Shown here one piece after another: positions 46,960-56,279 of a DNA stretch of 64,000 nt (within the stretch, counting starts at the first letter, position 1; each line of letters starts with the position of its first letter). The notes under the pieces were generated by a model. It was not told the origin of the DNA, did not search any database, and was given only the letters and a program-made list of their open reading frames with translations. This stretch comes from Candidatus Binataceae bacterium (GTDB lineage Bacteria; Desulfobacterota; Binatia; Binatales; Binataceae). The stretch is from the NCBI GenBank assembly GCA_050011435.1, contig JBEKJC010000005.1, forward strand, positions 45,941-109,940, written 5' to 3'. A program made the translations under genes and the position numbers.

Positions 46960-48261
46960 ATGACTCATCGTGGACGAATCCTTGCCGATCGGATCATCGC
47001 GGCTCCGGTCGCTTTTCTGTTCAATGGCGTTGCGCGGATTCTGGGCGCACTAATGCGAAGAGACCATTCAATCGCGCCGTCCAACGTCAACCGGATCGTG
47101 GTCGCGAAACTCATCGGTATGGGAAGCATTCTCCAGGCCACGCCGCTGCTGAAGGCGCTGAAGCATCAATACCCGCATGCCCGATTAACGTTCGTGACAA
47201 TGCGATCGAACCGGGAGTTCCTGGACCGGCTCCCCGCCGTTGACGAAGTACTCACGCTCGACGACCGAAATCTCGTGGTGATGACGATAACGACGCTCCA
47301 GACAATTGTCGGGCTCATTCGGCAGCGTGCTGATCTGTACTTTGATTTAGAGGTATATTCCGCTTTCGCGTCGCTGCTGGCACTTTGGGCAGTGACGCGC
47401 AACCGGCTGGGGTTTTACCGACATAGCGTCGCCTTCAAAAATGGAATCTATACCCACCTGGTGTACTTCAACACTCGGATGCCGGTCCGTCAGTTGTACC
47501 TTCAGTTGGGACGAGTGGCCGGAGTTCCGCCGAGCCAACCGGAGAATATTGGACCGATACACATTGAGGAAGCCGATCGGTCATCTGTTCTCGCGGTTCT
47601 GTCTCAAAATACAGGATGGCACTCAGATCAAGCGTACATAGTGGTCAACCCGAACGCATCGGATCTGTTATTGGAGCGACGATGGCCCGTCGAGTATGTA
47701 GTCGAAGCCGTCACGAAGTTGGTCTCGCTAGGACATCAGGTGGCATTCATTGGAGCGCGCAGCGAGCTTCCGTATGTACAGAGTTTATTCGATCGCTTCC
47801 CGGCGGAGGTGCAAGTGCGCGTGGCAAATACCGCCGGGCGGCTGACACTGGGCGAGATGTTGGCGCTGTTGGACGGGGCCGCGTGCGTGCTTACCAACGA
47901 TAGTGGCCCGATGCACATGGCGGTCGCACTCGAGCGCCCGACAGTATGCCTATTCGGGCCAGCCAACCCCGAGCATTACGGTCAGGAATTGCCCAACGTC
48001 GCAATTTTCTACTCCCCGGTATTTTGCAGTCCGTGCCTTTACGAGGCCGATCAGCCTCCTTGCGGTGGCAACAACATCTGCATGCAGCGAATTAAGCCGG
48101 AGCCGGTAGTGCAATCGGTACTGCGGCTGCTCGGCATCCCGAATGCCGGTGCACAAGTACCTGCGCGGCCGGTTGCTTCCCCAGTCATCAGTGATGCGCC
48201 GGACGGCCGGCCGCTGGGCCTTGTGATTCGCGCGTCGCTGAGAAGCGATAGCAGAGAGTAG
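46960..48261 (+). CDS. glycosyltransferase family 9 (LPS heptosyltransferase-like)
   Basis: IVVAKLIGMGSILQATPLLKALK and TNDSGPMHMAVAL...CLFG are GT9 signatures. Confidence 0.8.
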   Translation: MTHRGRILADRIIAAPVAFLFNGVARILGALMRRDHSIAPSNVNRIVVAKLIGMGSILQATPLLKALKHQYPHARLTFVTMRSNREFLDRLPAVDEVLTLDDRNLVVMTITTLQTIVGLIRQRADLYFDLEVYSAFASLLALWAVTRNRLGFYRHSVAFKNGIYTHLVYFNTRMPVRQLYLQLGRVAGVPPSQPENIGPIHIEEADRSSVLAVLSQNTGWHSDQAYIVVNPNASDLLLERRWPVEYVVEAVTKLVSLGHQVAFIGARSELPYVQSLFDRFPAEVQVRVANTAGRLTLGEMLALLDGAACVLTNDSGPMHMAVALERPTVCLFGPANPEHYGQELPNVAIFYSPVFCSPCLYEADQPPCGGNNICMQRIKPEPVVQSVLRLLGIPNAGAQVPARPVASPVISDAPDGRPLGLVIRASLRSDSRE

Positions 48262-48282
48262 TGCCTCACCGTAGTAATTGTT

Positions 48283-48335
48283 CCAGTCCAATGGGCGGGT
48301 CGCGGCCAAGAAAAAGGCCTCGCCTGACGTTCGGG
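48283..48335. repeat. relic copy of the SDR gene 3' end (pairs with 33590-33635)
   Basis: A 25-nt identical core plus similar flanks. It lies 22 nt after the GT9 stop and marks the junction between the mobility module and the lower-GC cargo. Confidence 0.7.
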
Positions 48336-48344
48336 AAATCGCCC

Positions 48345-49985
48345 CTAACCACCCGCCGATCGCGTGTAAAAGACCCAGTCTTTTATGACCCGTGCCTGAT
48401 GGTATGGAGCCCACGCTCGACGGAAGCCCTCATCCCGCAAGAGAAGCTGCAGGATGTCAAAGCTGCGCCGCAGTTCAAAGGCATAACGGTCGTCGGCTGT
48501 TCGCACAGCAACCACCGCCGGCCTATATCGCTCGAGGTCTTCCTCAACCTGACGGGTCCAGAGTTGCCTAATCTCTTCCGCACGCTTGCGTTCGGCCAGC
48601 TTGCCCAGCGAAAGTCCGACAATTACCGGCACCATCCATTGTGCTGCCGTTCGGGATGACCATTGCGCATTTATCAATGAAACGGTCGGAAGAACAACAT
48701 CAAAGCCCCAGGCTGCGATTGCCAGGAAAGACCGTCCAGTCGCCAATTCAGCGGCGGTACGCGGGAACGGCTGAGCCATAAAATTGGAGCGAGTCCTGAG
48801 ACTCGACGTGAACCACATGGGCAACGTCACAATAACGCCTTGAAAGAGCAGCGCCATCACCAGGACCGCCGCGGCAATTCGTGGGACTTGATGCATTCGG
48901 GCCAGCGACGGCCAAATAGCCAGTGCCAGCAATACCAGAATCATCGACATCAAGATCAATGCTGGAATATTGTGATAATCCCAGCCTTTGTGCTGTGCGA
49001 CGGAGCATATTGACAGAAGTATAGCCGCAAGCGCCAAATAGCGTAAGAAAGAGCGAACTGTTTCGTCTATTTGAGCGAGTTCCCACACCACTGAGGCGGC
49101 TAGCACAAGGCCCAGGGGTGGCCAAAACGCCGCAAGAACAACAATCATCGGTTGGTTGAGAAACTTATAGGTATCGACCGCTAACCTCGCCACAGCGAAC
49201 CATTGCGGAAATACCAAAACGACTGTGCCCAGATATAAGATTGAAATGATGCTGAAGATGATGGCGTCGCGCCCAAAGAAAATGCGCCAACTCTGTTGCT
49301 CTATGCCGCGAGCTATGAGCATTCCGATCGGCAGCAGAACGAAGTAAGGTTTGATTAGAAACCCAACCGCCGCAATAGCGGCCGAACTTACGGAAGAGAA
49401 ACCCGGCAATTCCGAATCGCCATTCTCCTTCAGGGCAAACCGAAACAACCATGGACAAAGTAGAATCATCGCCAGATGTTCTCGCTGTCCAAATTGATAA
49501 CCCGGAAGGAAACATAACAGCACAGTATAAGCCAGCACGGCGATCGCCCCGGCAACTCGCCTCGCTCCAAACAGGTTGAGTAGCGAGCGGGAAACCTGCG
49601 CAATTGACCACAAAATCAGCAGGCAGACCCAAACGCTGAACACTACGTAAGTATCTAGTCCAGTCAGCGTAGAAAATGCGGCGCTCGGTGAAAGCAAGAT
49701 ATAAATAAGCGGCACATTGGGATCGAACACATCGTAATAAATATGTCCGCCGGCGATTAGTCGCTCTGTAGCTAAAAGAAACCAAGCGTTGTCGTGGTTT
49801 GGAACAATAGAAAAGGCATGTAGCCAGAAAGCTGCGAAAACAGTCACAGCTGTTTCACTTATAAGTAAAACCCGCTGAGCGAACGACAATGCAGGCACGG
49901 GCCACGGCGGATCCGAACCTGCCTGTCCCGGCAATGCACTACGAATGTGCTGGTTCACGACTTCCCGCGTACAGTTCGATAGCAC
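48345..49985 (-). CDS. large polytopic membrane protein, GT-C-like (ArnT/PMT-type glycosyltransferase candidate)
   Basis: 546 aa with >10 predicted TM segments. Lower-GC region. The assignment to the GT-C fold is inferred from architecture only. Confidence 0.5.
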   Translation of the reverse strand: MLSNCTREVVNQHIRSALPGQAGSDPPWPVPALSFAQRVLLISETAVTVFAAFWLHAFSIVPNHDNAWFLLATERLIAGGHIYYDVFDPNVPLIYILLSPSAAFSTLTGLDTYVVFSVWVCLLILWSIAQVSRSLLNLFGARRVAGAIAVLAYTVLLCFLPGYQFGQREHLAMILLCPWLFRFALKENGDSELPGFSSVSSAAIAAVGFLIKPYFVLLPIGMLIARGIEQQSWRIFFGRDAIIFSIISILYLGTVVLVFPQWFAVARLAVDTYKFLNQPMIVVLAAFWPPLGLVLAASVVWELAQIDETVRSFLRYLALAAILLSICSVAQHKGWDYHNIPALILMSMILVLLALAIWPSLARMHQVPRIAAAVLVMALLFQGVIVTLPMWFTSSLRTRSNFMAQPFPRTAAELATGRSFLAIAAWGFDVVLPTVSLINAQWSSRTAAQWMVPVIVGLSLGKLAERKRAEEIRQLWTRQVEEDLERYRPAVVAVRTADDRYAFELRRSFDILQLLLRDEGFRRAWAPYHQARVIKDWVFYTRSAGG

Positions 49986-50194
49986 TGGATAATGCTCCAG
50001 GGCTTACAAAACGCATAAAACCTTTCTGCCACCAGAATTCTGTGTTATCGAGTCATACCGGCGCGACCTCGAGCCTGATAAGCGCCCCGCCTTCCAATTC
50101 GCCAATGGCACCGCCCCCCTCCGCCCTCACGCGTTAACGCCGGTCCAGTAATGTCATATAATGTGTGAACCTGCCATAAGAGGCAAGTCGGTTC

Positions 50195-50236
50195 AGCTGG
50201 GTAGTGGGCGGTTTTAAAACCGCCCACTACCCAGCT
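50195..50236. repeat. 42-bp perfect palindrome AGCTGGGTAGTGGGCGGTTTT|AAAACCGCCCACTACCCAGCT
   Basis: Exact 21+21 inverted repeat in the 1.1-kb divergent intergenic region between 49985 and 51130. Confidence 0.9.
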
Positions 50237-50352
50237 ATCCCACACGATTTACGACGGAGGTCTGCGCTGCTAGTCTCGCGGATCGAGTTGGTCGCATGCG
50301 ATGGAGACGGAAGGAGCATTGCAGCCGTCGTTAGGCGGATTAGACTATCGAC

Positions 50353-51030
50353 ATGGTTCGACGCAGTTCCTCTCTCCCAGAAAAGGTCCTCTTCGCGAAC
50401 CCTACCCTATATAAGCTCAAGTGCTTCGTCATCGAGACAGTAATTTGGAAATGGCTCCTATGCGGCGTTTTCCGTCTGAAGCCTCGTCCTCTTACCGATA
50501 CGGAGCAGTTGTTCCGGGGACAGCGGGTGCTGATGGCCGCATGTGGGCCTGGTGACGTGAGCACGGGACCGTCTGTTGACAGCGCCTTCCAGGTGTTGCC
50601 TTGTCTCCACCGACGTTTGTAGAAACGTGCAAAAAAAACCGCCCAACATGGAACGTTTGCGGGGCTGACGCGCTGATGCTGCCCTTCGCTGACGGTGAAT
50701 TTGACATCTCGGTGATCTGCTCCTCCCTGCAACATATCCCAAGCAGCGCCGAACTCGTCTTAGCTGAGAGTTTGTGAATTTTTTGAAAGTGCAAAACATT
50801 CTAACCGAAATTGCTCAGGAAGTTTGGCTAATTCGGTACGTTTTCCGAATAAATTCACAAAAGCTAGTTGGCCAGCGTCACGCGAAGTTGCGTCGTATTT
50901 TCGGAAAGTGTGGTACCAGAAAGAGGGCTACTCCGCGATTGCTTCTGCTTGGTACGCCATCATCGACAGGGACGTGCACTACTACACGCGAGAGGAAGTT
51001 TTAGACAGCGCTGGCAGGCTCGGCTTCTGA
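50353..51030 (+). pseudogene. degraded class I SAM-dependent methyltransferase (three frame-broken segments)
   Basis: Motif I-like QRVLMAACGPGDVS sits in the 50353-50622 frame. A motif II/III-like LMLPFADGEFDISVICSSLQHIP ends at ~50775. A C-terminal segment spans 50824-51030. There is no continuous ORF. Confidence 0.4.
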
Positions 51031-51129
51031 GGTAGAGAGAGTCATGGAGCACGGGCCCGTCGGACACATGATATTCTGTGTGCTTCGCGTTTCTCGCCAG
51101 GTTGGGCAAGTTCGTGGCGCTGCACGAGG

Positions 51130-53064
51130 GTGATACGGAGAACTCCATTGAGTCCAGATTCTGCCGCTCAGCGAACCAACAATATCGGAAACCTCAACGT
51201 ACCGTCGGAGTGGAAAGCTGAAAGTGAGCAGTCGCCAGCTTCCGGGTCCACATCGTGGATCGCGCGTGGACTTATCGTAACCATTGCCAGTGCACTCGCC
51301 TGGTACACGTGGGGGCACTGGGGTGACTTTCAGGTAGATTGCGGGCGCGAGCTTTATGTGCCCGCAGCGATTGTTCACGGGAAGCTGCTGTATCGTGACC
51401 TTTGGTATATGTATGGGCCGCTGGCGCCCTACCTACAAGCATTGGCGTTCCGAATATTTGGAACCAGTCTTACCGTCTTGTACATGATCGGCCTTGCATT
51501 AACCATTGGTTCCGCTCTACTAATCTTCGAGATAACTCGCCAATTCGACTTGCCAGTTCCTGCTACGATTGCTCCTTCGCTATTCTTCCTCTCAGAGGCC
51601 TATCCGCCTTTTATATTTAACTACATGTTTCCATATAGTTACGCGGCGGCTATGGCATCGACGTTTGGCTTCGCTTGCCTTTATTTTGCGCTCCGATATT
51701 TGAGGACGGGCAGACAACTACATTTAGCTTTGACGAGTTTCCTGGCCGGCCTGGCACTGCTCACGAAAATCGAATTTGGCATCGCTTGTCTGGTGTTATT
51801 GGGCTTCTTGCTAGTCGTGCATCTCATCATCGAGCGCTCTTTTCAGTCCGTGAAACAAGATGTGTTTTGCTGCTTCGCTGGACTCTCGCCGGCATTGATG
51901 ATCTACGGATGGTTCATTTGGAAACTTAGCGCGAAGTTCATATTCCTCGACAATTGGATAGCTACCCCTGGAACCTATATGATGCGAACATTCGGCAAAC
52001 GAATGATGGCATTTGTAGGTTTTCGATTCTCATTGTCCGAATGGACCTTTGACGGCTATACGGTTCTGTTCTCAATCGGGTTGTGGTATATCATCGCAGC
52101 CGCTGATGCCGCCGTGATCTCCCGTCTGCAGGTTCGATCGCGATTATATGTGATCACGATAGTGCTTGTTGACCTGCTGCTGGCGTTAATGGTGCGAATG
52201 CACTCCGGCGAAGCCACGAGTGTCGTGACTGCTATCCTTTTCCAGATGATGTGTCCACAGGGACTTTTTCTCCTGGGCGGTTTCTTCCTGCTGCACGGTC
52301 TTTGGAAATGGCGAAGGCAACTGACGTTCAGCTTACCACTTGCTGAGGCTGCGCTCAGTATTTATGCGACGGTGGTCAGCATACGCGTAATGTTGGAAGT
52401 GGGGCCGTGGCGTGGGGGCTATGCAGTATTTTTCAATATTCCGCTGTTTATAATATTCGTAATAGTGACAGTAAGGGTTGTTCGTCGGGCAAGCCTATCA
52501 CTCGACACAACGCGTTCTGAGAGGCTGGTTGGCAGCATGGTCAGCGTGAATATTCTTTTGTTATTTATTATGCTGTTTCCCAAACCCGGGGTATTGTCAA
52601 CCTCGCTGACTACCGAATATGGAACATTCTATACGCACCCGGATATCGCTGTTCTGTATCCCCGGATTATCTCTTTTATGAAGACACACACTCGGAACGG
52701 GAGAGATATCCTGGTCTTGCCCGAACCGCCGAGCCTGTACGTTTTCGCCGGAATGGAGGCCCCGAGCCGCTGGTATTCGTTGCTGCCTGGTTATATCGAT
52801 CCTGCGAAGGAAGGAGAGTTCATTCGTGATCTTGTGGCAAGCAATGTGAGTTACGTTCTGATATCGAATCGCGCGGTAAGCGAATATGGTGTAGACAGCT
52901 TCGGCATTGGTTATGATCAGCCGATTTATAAATGGTTAATGGACAATTACCAGAAGGTCGATCAGTTTGGACCGCTTGCTGACGAAAGTCACGTTCCATA
53001 TATAATGTCGGTTTATGCCAGGAAATCTGCAGTGCTAGGACCATTCCATTACGATATACATTGA
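51130..53064 (+). CDS. large polytopic membrane protein (GT-C-like candidate) with C-terminal soluble domain
   Basis: 644 aa with ~14 TM segments followed by a ~170-aa hydrophilic domain. GTG start. Confidence 0.5.
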   Translation: MIRRTPLSPDSAAQRTNNIGNLNVPSEWKAESEQSPASGSTSWIARGLIVTIASALAWYTWGHWGDFQVDCGRELYVPAAIVHGKLLYRDLWYMYGPLAPYLQALAFRIFGTSLTVLYMIGLALTIGSALLIFEITRQFDLPVPATIAPSLFFLSEAYPPFIFNYMFPYSYAAAMASTFGFACLYFALRYLRTGRQLHLALTSFLAGLALLTKIEFGIACLVLLGFLLVVHLIIERSFQSVKQDVFCCFAGLSPALMIYGWFIWKLSAKFIFLDNWIATPGTYMMRTFGKRMMAFVGFRFSLSEWTFDGYTVLFSIGLWYIIAAADAAVISRLQVRSRLYVITIVLVDLLLALMVRMHSGEATSVVTAILFQMMCPQGLFLLGGFFLLHGLWKWRRQLTFSLPLAEAALSIYATVVSIRVMLEVGPWRGGYAVFFNIPLFIIFVIVTVRVVRRASLSLDTTRSERLVGSMVSVNILLLFIMLFPKPGVLSTSLTTEYGTFYTHPDIAVLYPRIISFMKTHTRNGRDILVLPEPPSLYVFAGMEAPSRWYSLLPGYIDPAKEGEFIRDLVASNVSYVLISNRAVSEYGVDSFGIGYDQPIYKWLMDNYQKVDQFGPLADESHVPYIMSVYARKSAVLGPFHYDIH

Positions 53065-53155
53065 CTCGGGTGCGCGCCCGAGGCGTTCGCGCGCACCTGT
53101 GTGGCTCTTAGTTCGCAGTTCGTAAAGACGTAGAGATCTCCGTAGCCAACATCAA

Positions 53156-53869
53156 TCATGATCGTTTCCGGACCACGGCCTGGATCTGCGCGCGCGCATC
53201 CTTGAGCGTTTGGTTTATCGGAGCGCCGAAACGGTATTCGATCGTTTCCAGAGCGTATTCCATTTTACCAACCCACCGGTTTAGTTCGGATGAAGTTTGG
53301 CTCCTAATGCTACCGCTCAATCCTGCTTTGCGTGCCCGCCTGAATTGAATGAGGAGACGACCGAAAGGAGTAATGTGGTTCCGATTTAGTTCATGGTTGT
53401 ACCCCTCGTCTTGCACGCGAATGTCGACTATATCTGCGCAGGGAAGTTTTTGAAGAACTGTCTTCAGGTCGTAAGAGACCGGCGACCATGTTGAGTGCTT
53501 TCCGAAACGGAAAGTGGCCTTATGGTCTGGATTAAAGATAGACGGCCAGATTCCCTGCTCGTAGAGATCCTCATCCGGAACTACGATAATGAGATGGCCA
53601 TTTGGCTTTACCAATGACCACCATTGTGAGAGCGGCCTGCGCACATCGTTCATATGCTCTGAGCAATTGGAACTATGAACACAATCGTATTGCACTTCGG
53701 TTGAGAGGAATTCCGTGATTCGTTGTGCATCTCCGTGCTCGAAGTCAAACGGTCGGGCATGCGGCACGATCAAATCCGCACCGCACCCGATGTCGAGAAC
53801 AGATCTCGAGAAATATTTCTCATGGAAGTCAGCGCCGCGAAGTCGCCAGGTCTTCGAAGATTCAAACAT
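53156..53869 (-). CDS. class I SAM-dependent methyltransferase
   Basis: VLDIGCGAD (motif I) and downstream acidic motif II/III residues. Confidence 0.7.
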   Translation of the reverse strand: MFESSKTWRLRGADFHEKYFSRSVLDIGCGADLIVPHARPFDFEHGDAQRITEFLSTEVQYDCVHSSNCSEHMNDVRRPLSQWWSLVKPNGHLIIVVPDEDLYEQGIWPSIFNPDHKATFRFGKHSTWSPVSYDLKTVLQKLPCADIVDIRVQDEGYNHELNRNHITPFGRLLIQFRRARKAGLSGSIRSQTSSELNRWVGKMEYALETIEYRFGAPINQTLKDARAQIQAVVRKRS

Positions 53870-54053
53870 TGCAGAACCTCCCTGAGTGCGGGGCTAATCG
53901 AGGCTGCCCTGAATCTGAGCCAAGTGTTGGGCAGCATGCCACAGCCTCTGACCGCTCTGAGAGTTCGCCGATCCCAGCTACCCCGGCGGTCCGATAATAA
54001 ATTGAGCTATCTTGGCACAACCCCTTGAAGGGACCCTCAGCCTGCGGCCTAAT

Positions 54054-56279
54054 TTAACGAATATATGTTGGCGGGTTGCGCTCTCCGACGGCCCGGCTGC
54101 GCACCAGTTCGGCGAGGCCCGGTAATTGATCTCTATCAATCACCATTAAAAGGATCCATTTCCTCGCGTCCGGACTGCTTGTGCTGATTGAGCGGGGCGG
54201 CGATATCTCGACTCTCTTCACCAATATCCGGTACACCGTGGCGAGCCGTTCCACGACTTCTCGAGAGCTGAGCACCCCGATAAGAATTTGCCTGTCGTTG
54301 AACGACTCGAGTACCATGCCGTTTTGCGCAGGCGTGGCGCGGTCATATATCGACACACCCGAAACCCACAACGGTGGTAGAAGCCCAAGCCGCTGCACTT
54401 CAGACGGGCTCAGCCCCGCAGGACTTAGCCCGCGCGCGGTATATTCGCTTGCTGCGTTAATCAAAGCGTCAAGGCGTTCGGTGGCGACAGCTTCTTCCTC
54501 CTTTCGCGGATCATGACTTATGTAACTGCTCAAACGAGATAGCGGCACTTCATAGATGGAAACACCACCCACCTTAATCGGGTTCAAAGCAAGACTCGCG
54601 AAGGTCGCGTTTATCGCTCGCTTCTCGTCCGGTTCGAAATGGCTGCGCTCCGTCGTCGGAGGACCTTGGTCGAAAACCAATCTCCACATGTGCGCTCCCT
54701 CGTCAGCAACGATCACCTTGCTAATATGCTTCTGAACTAAAAACGTCTTCAGTGCCTCATCTGAGTGTGGAATTACCGTTAAATTATACAGACTATCCGT
54801 AATCGCATAACGTGCGAATTCCCTTGGGAGCGGAGTCACGCTAACCCATCCACCTGCCATCCGAAAATACAGATGAGTATTCACCAGCCAAATATCACTA
54901 TTCCCCTCGTCCCCGTATGGAAGCATTAAAACGATCTCACCTGGTGACAGATATTGTTTGTACATATCTGTCGCGAAAAATGCTGGTGTGTCAACGTCAG
55001 TCGTCCAGAAAGCAGCACTGGGGTTAGGTAAATAGCATAATATGATTGCAATCGCGCCAGCGATTCGGACCGTCGGTTGGATTGTTTTGTCGGCCAACCA
55101 GAGACTCGCAATTATCGCGAAAATAAGGAAAGCATACAGAGCAAAACGCGCCGGTAGTACTTCGTCGCTAAGAGGCAGGCGAGAAAGTATTGTCCACGGC
55201 ATCGGTATTGTCAGATGGGTAGTAATGCGAAGTATCGGGCCAAGCGAAGCTAAGAGAATTATAATTAGCAAGGCCAGAAGTAGCCTAGTCTGTGCCACCA
55301 TCCAATGTCTGCGCGAGTAACTCCACACTATGAGGATTAATGGGAACGCAACGTACGCTCCAGTTTCTTGAAGGTTAAATCCACCGCAGAGCTTCCTGGC
55401 AAAGAGGGAGGTGCCGAAACAATTAGTGGGTGAAGGAAAAAACATTCCAGATACATGAATTGAAACAGCTGTGGCCAGGCCAGTTGGAAAGTCCTGAGGT
55501 CCAAACACGAAAAAGTAATATAGATACAGACTAAGCAAGACTGCAGTAATAATATATGCGAACGAAATGGGGAATATTAGAACGATCAGGCGATCGCGCC
55601 ATTGAGGCGCTATCCAGTAGCCGATCGCAAAGGCTGCCCAGCCGAATACTGTTGCAGTAGCGAATACCTCTAGTGAGCATGTGGCTTGAATTGTCAAAAG
55701 AAGGCACAGCATTATTATGAATCGACGGGAAGGCCAGATACCGTCTATTCGGAGCAGTATTACCATTAAAATGATAGGAATCGCGAAAACCATCAATGCG
55801 TGAAGATGGCCCAACATTTGCCCGAGCATGTATGGAGAGAACCCGAAAATATAGCCGCCGACAAAAGCCGACCTTGATGACGACGATAAATACCGACAAA
55901 CAGTGAAGCCGGTCCACGCAGCAATCGCCGGACTTACGAGTATCATCAAATTGTAGGTTGCTAGCGGTCCGAGATACTCGGTCAGCGGAGAGGCTAAGAT
56001 ACCAGCGAGTGGGACGAATGTCGTACGAGCGAGATTTAGTCCACTCGGAGCCCAGACAATGTTCGTAAAAAATGGATTTAAGCGATGAAGTATTGCGTAC
56101 TTCCACCATTCCAAGAAGAAAATGAACAAGCCCGGGTCGGTGCCGATTCCGATGTAGCGGTCCGAAAGATGGCCGACCAGGCCGCGCCCGAAGAACAGAA
56201 AGGAGAGAGCAAGATAGATTGCGAACGCTCCGAGACCGAGGCGGTTACCCAGGCTTTCTTGAATAGTTTTAGATTTCAC
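54054..56279 (-). CDS. large membrane protein, paralog A (N-terminal ~13-TM domain plus C-terminal periplasmic domain)
   Basis: 741 aa. N-terminus LSFLFFGRGLVGHLSDRYIGIGTDPGLFIFFLEWWKY is shared with paralog B (roughly 45% identity overall). Confidence 0.5.
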   Translation of the reverse strand: MKSKTIQESLGNRLGLGAFAIYLALSFLFFGRGLVGHLSDRYIGIGTDPGLFIFFLEWWKYAILHRLNPFFTNIVWAPSGLNLARTTFVPLAGILASPLTEYLGPLATYNLMILVSPAIAAWTGFTVCRYLSSSSRSAFVGGYIFGFSPYMLGQMLGHLHALMVFAIPIILMVILLRIDGIWPSRRFIIMLCLLLTIQATCSLEVFATATVFGWAAFAIGYWIAPQWRDRLIVLIFPISFAYIITAVLLSLYLYYFFVFGPQDFPTGLATAVSIHVSGMFFPSPTNCFGTSLFARKLCGGFNLQETGAYVAFPLILIVWSYSRRHWMVAQTRLLLALLIIILLASLGPILRITTHLTIPMPWTILSRLPLSDEVLPARFALYAFLIFAIIASLWLADKTIQPTVRIAGAIAIILCYLPNPSAAFWTTDVDTPAFFATDMYKQYLSPGEIVLMLPYGDEGNSDIWLVNTHLYFRMAGGWVSVTPLPREFARYAITDSLYNLTVIPHSDEALKTFLVQKHISKVIVADEGAHMWRLVFDQGPPTTERSHFEPDEKRAINATFASLALNPIKVGGVSIYEVPLSRLSSYISHDPRKEEEAVATERLDALINAASEYTARGLSPAGLSPSEVQRLGLLPPLWVSGVSIYDRATPAQNGMVLESFNDRQILIGVLSSREVVERLATVYRILVKRVEISPPRSISTSSPDARKWILLMVIDRDQLPGLAELVRSRAVGERNPPTYIR

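Noticed and set aside
50195-50236. The 42-bp palindrome as a possible tRNA or other structured RNA gene
   Set aside because: A single perfect hairpin with no cloverleaf arms. Both strands are identical by symmetry. It is better described as a DNA palindrome.
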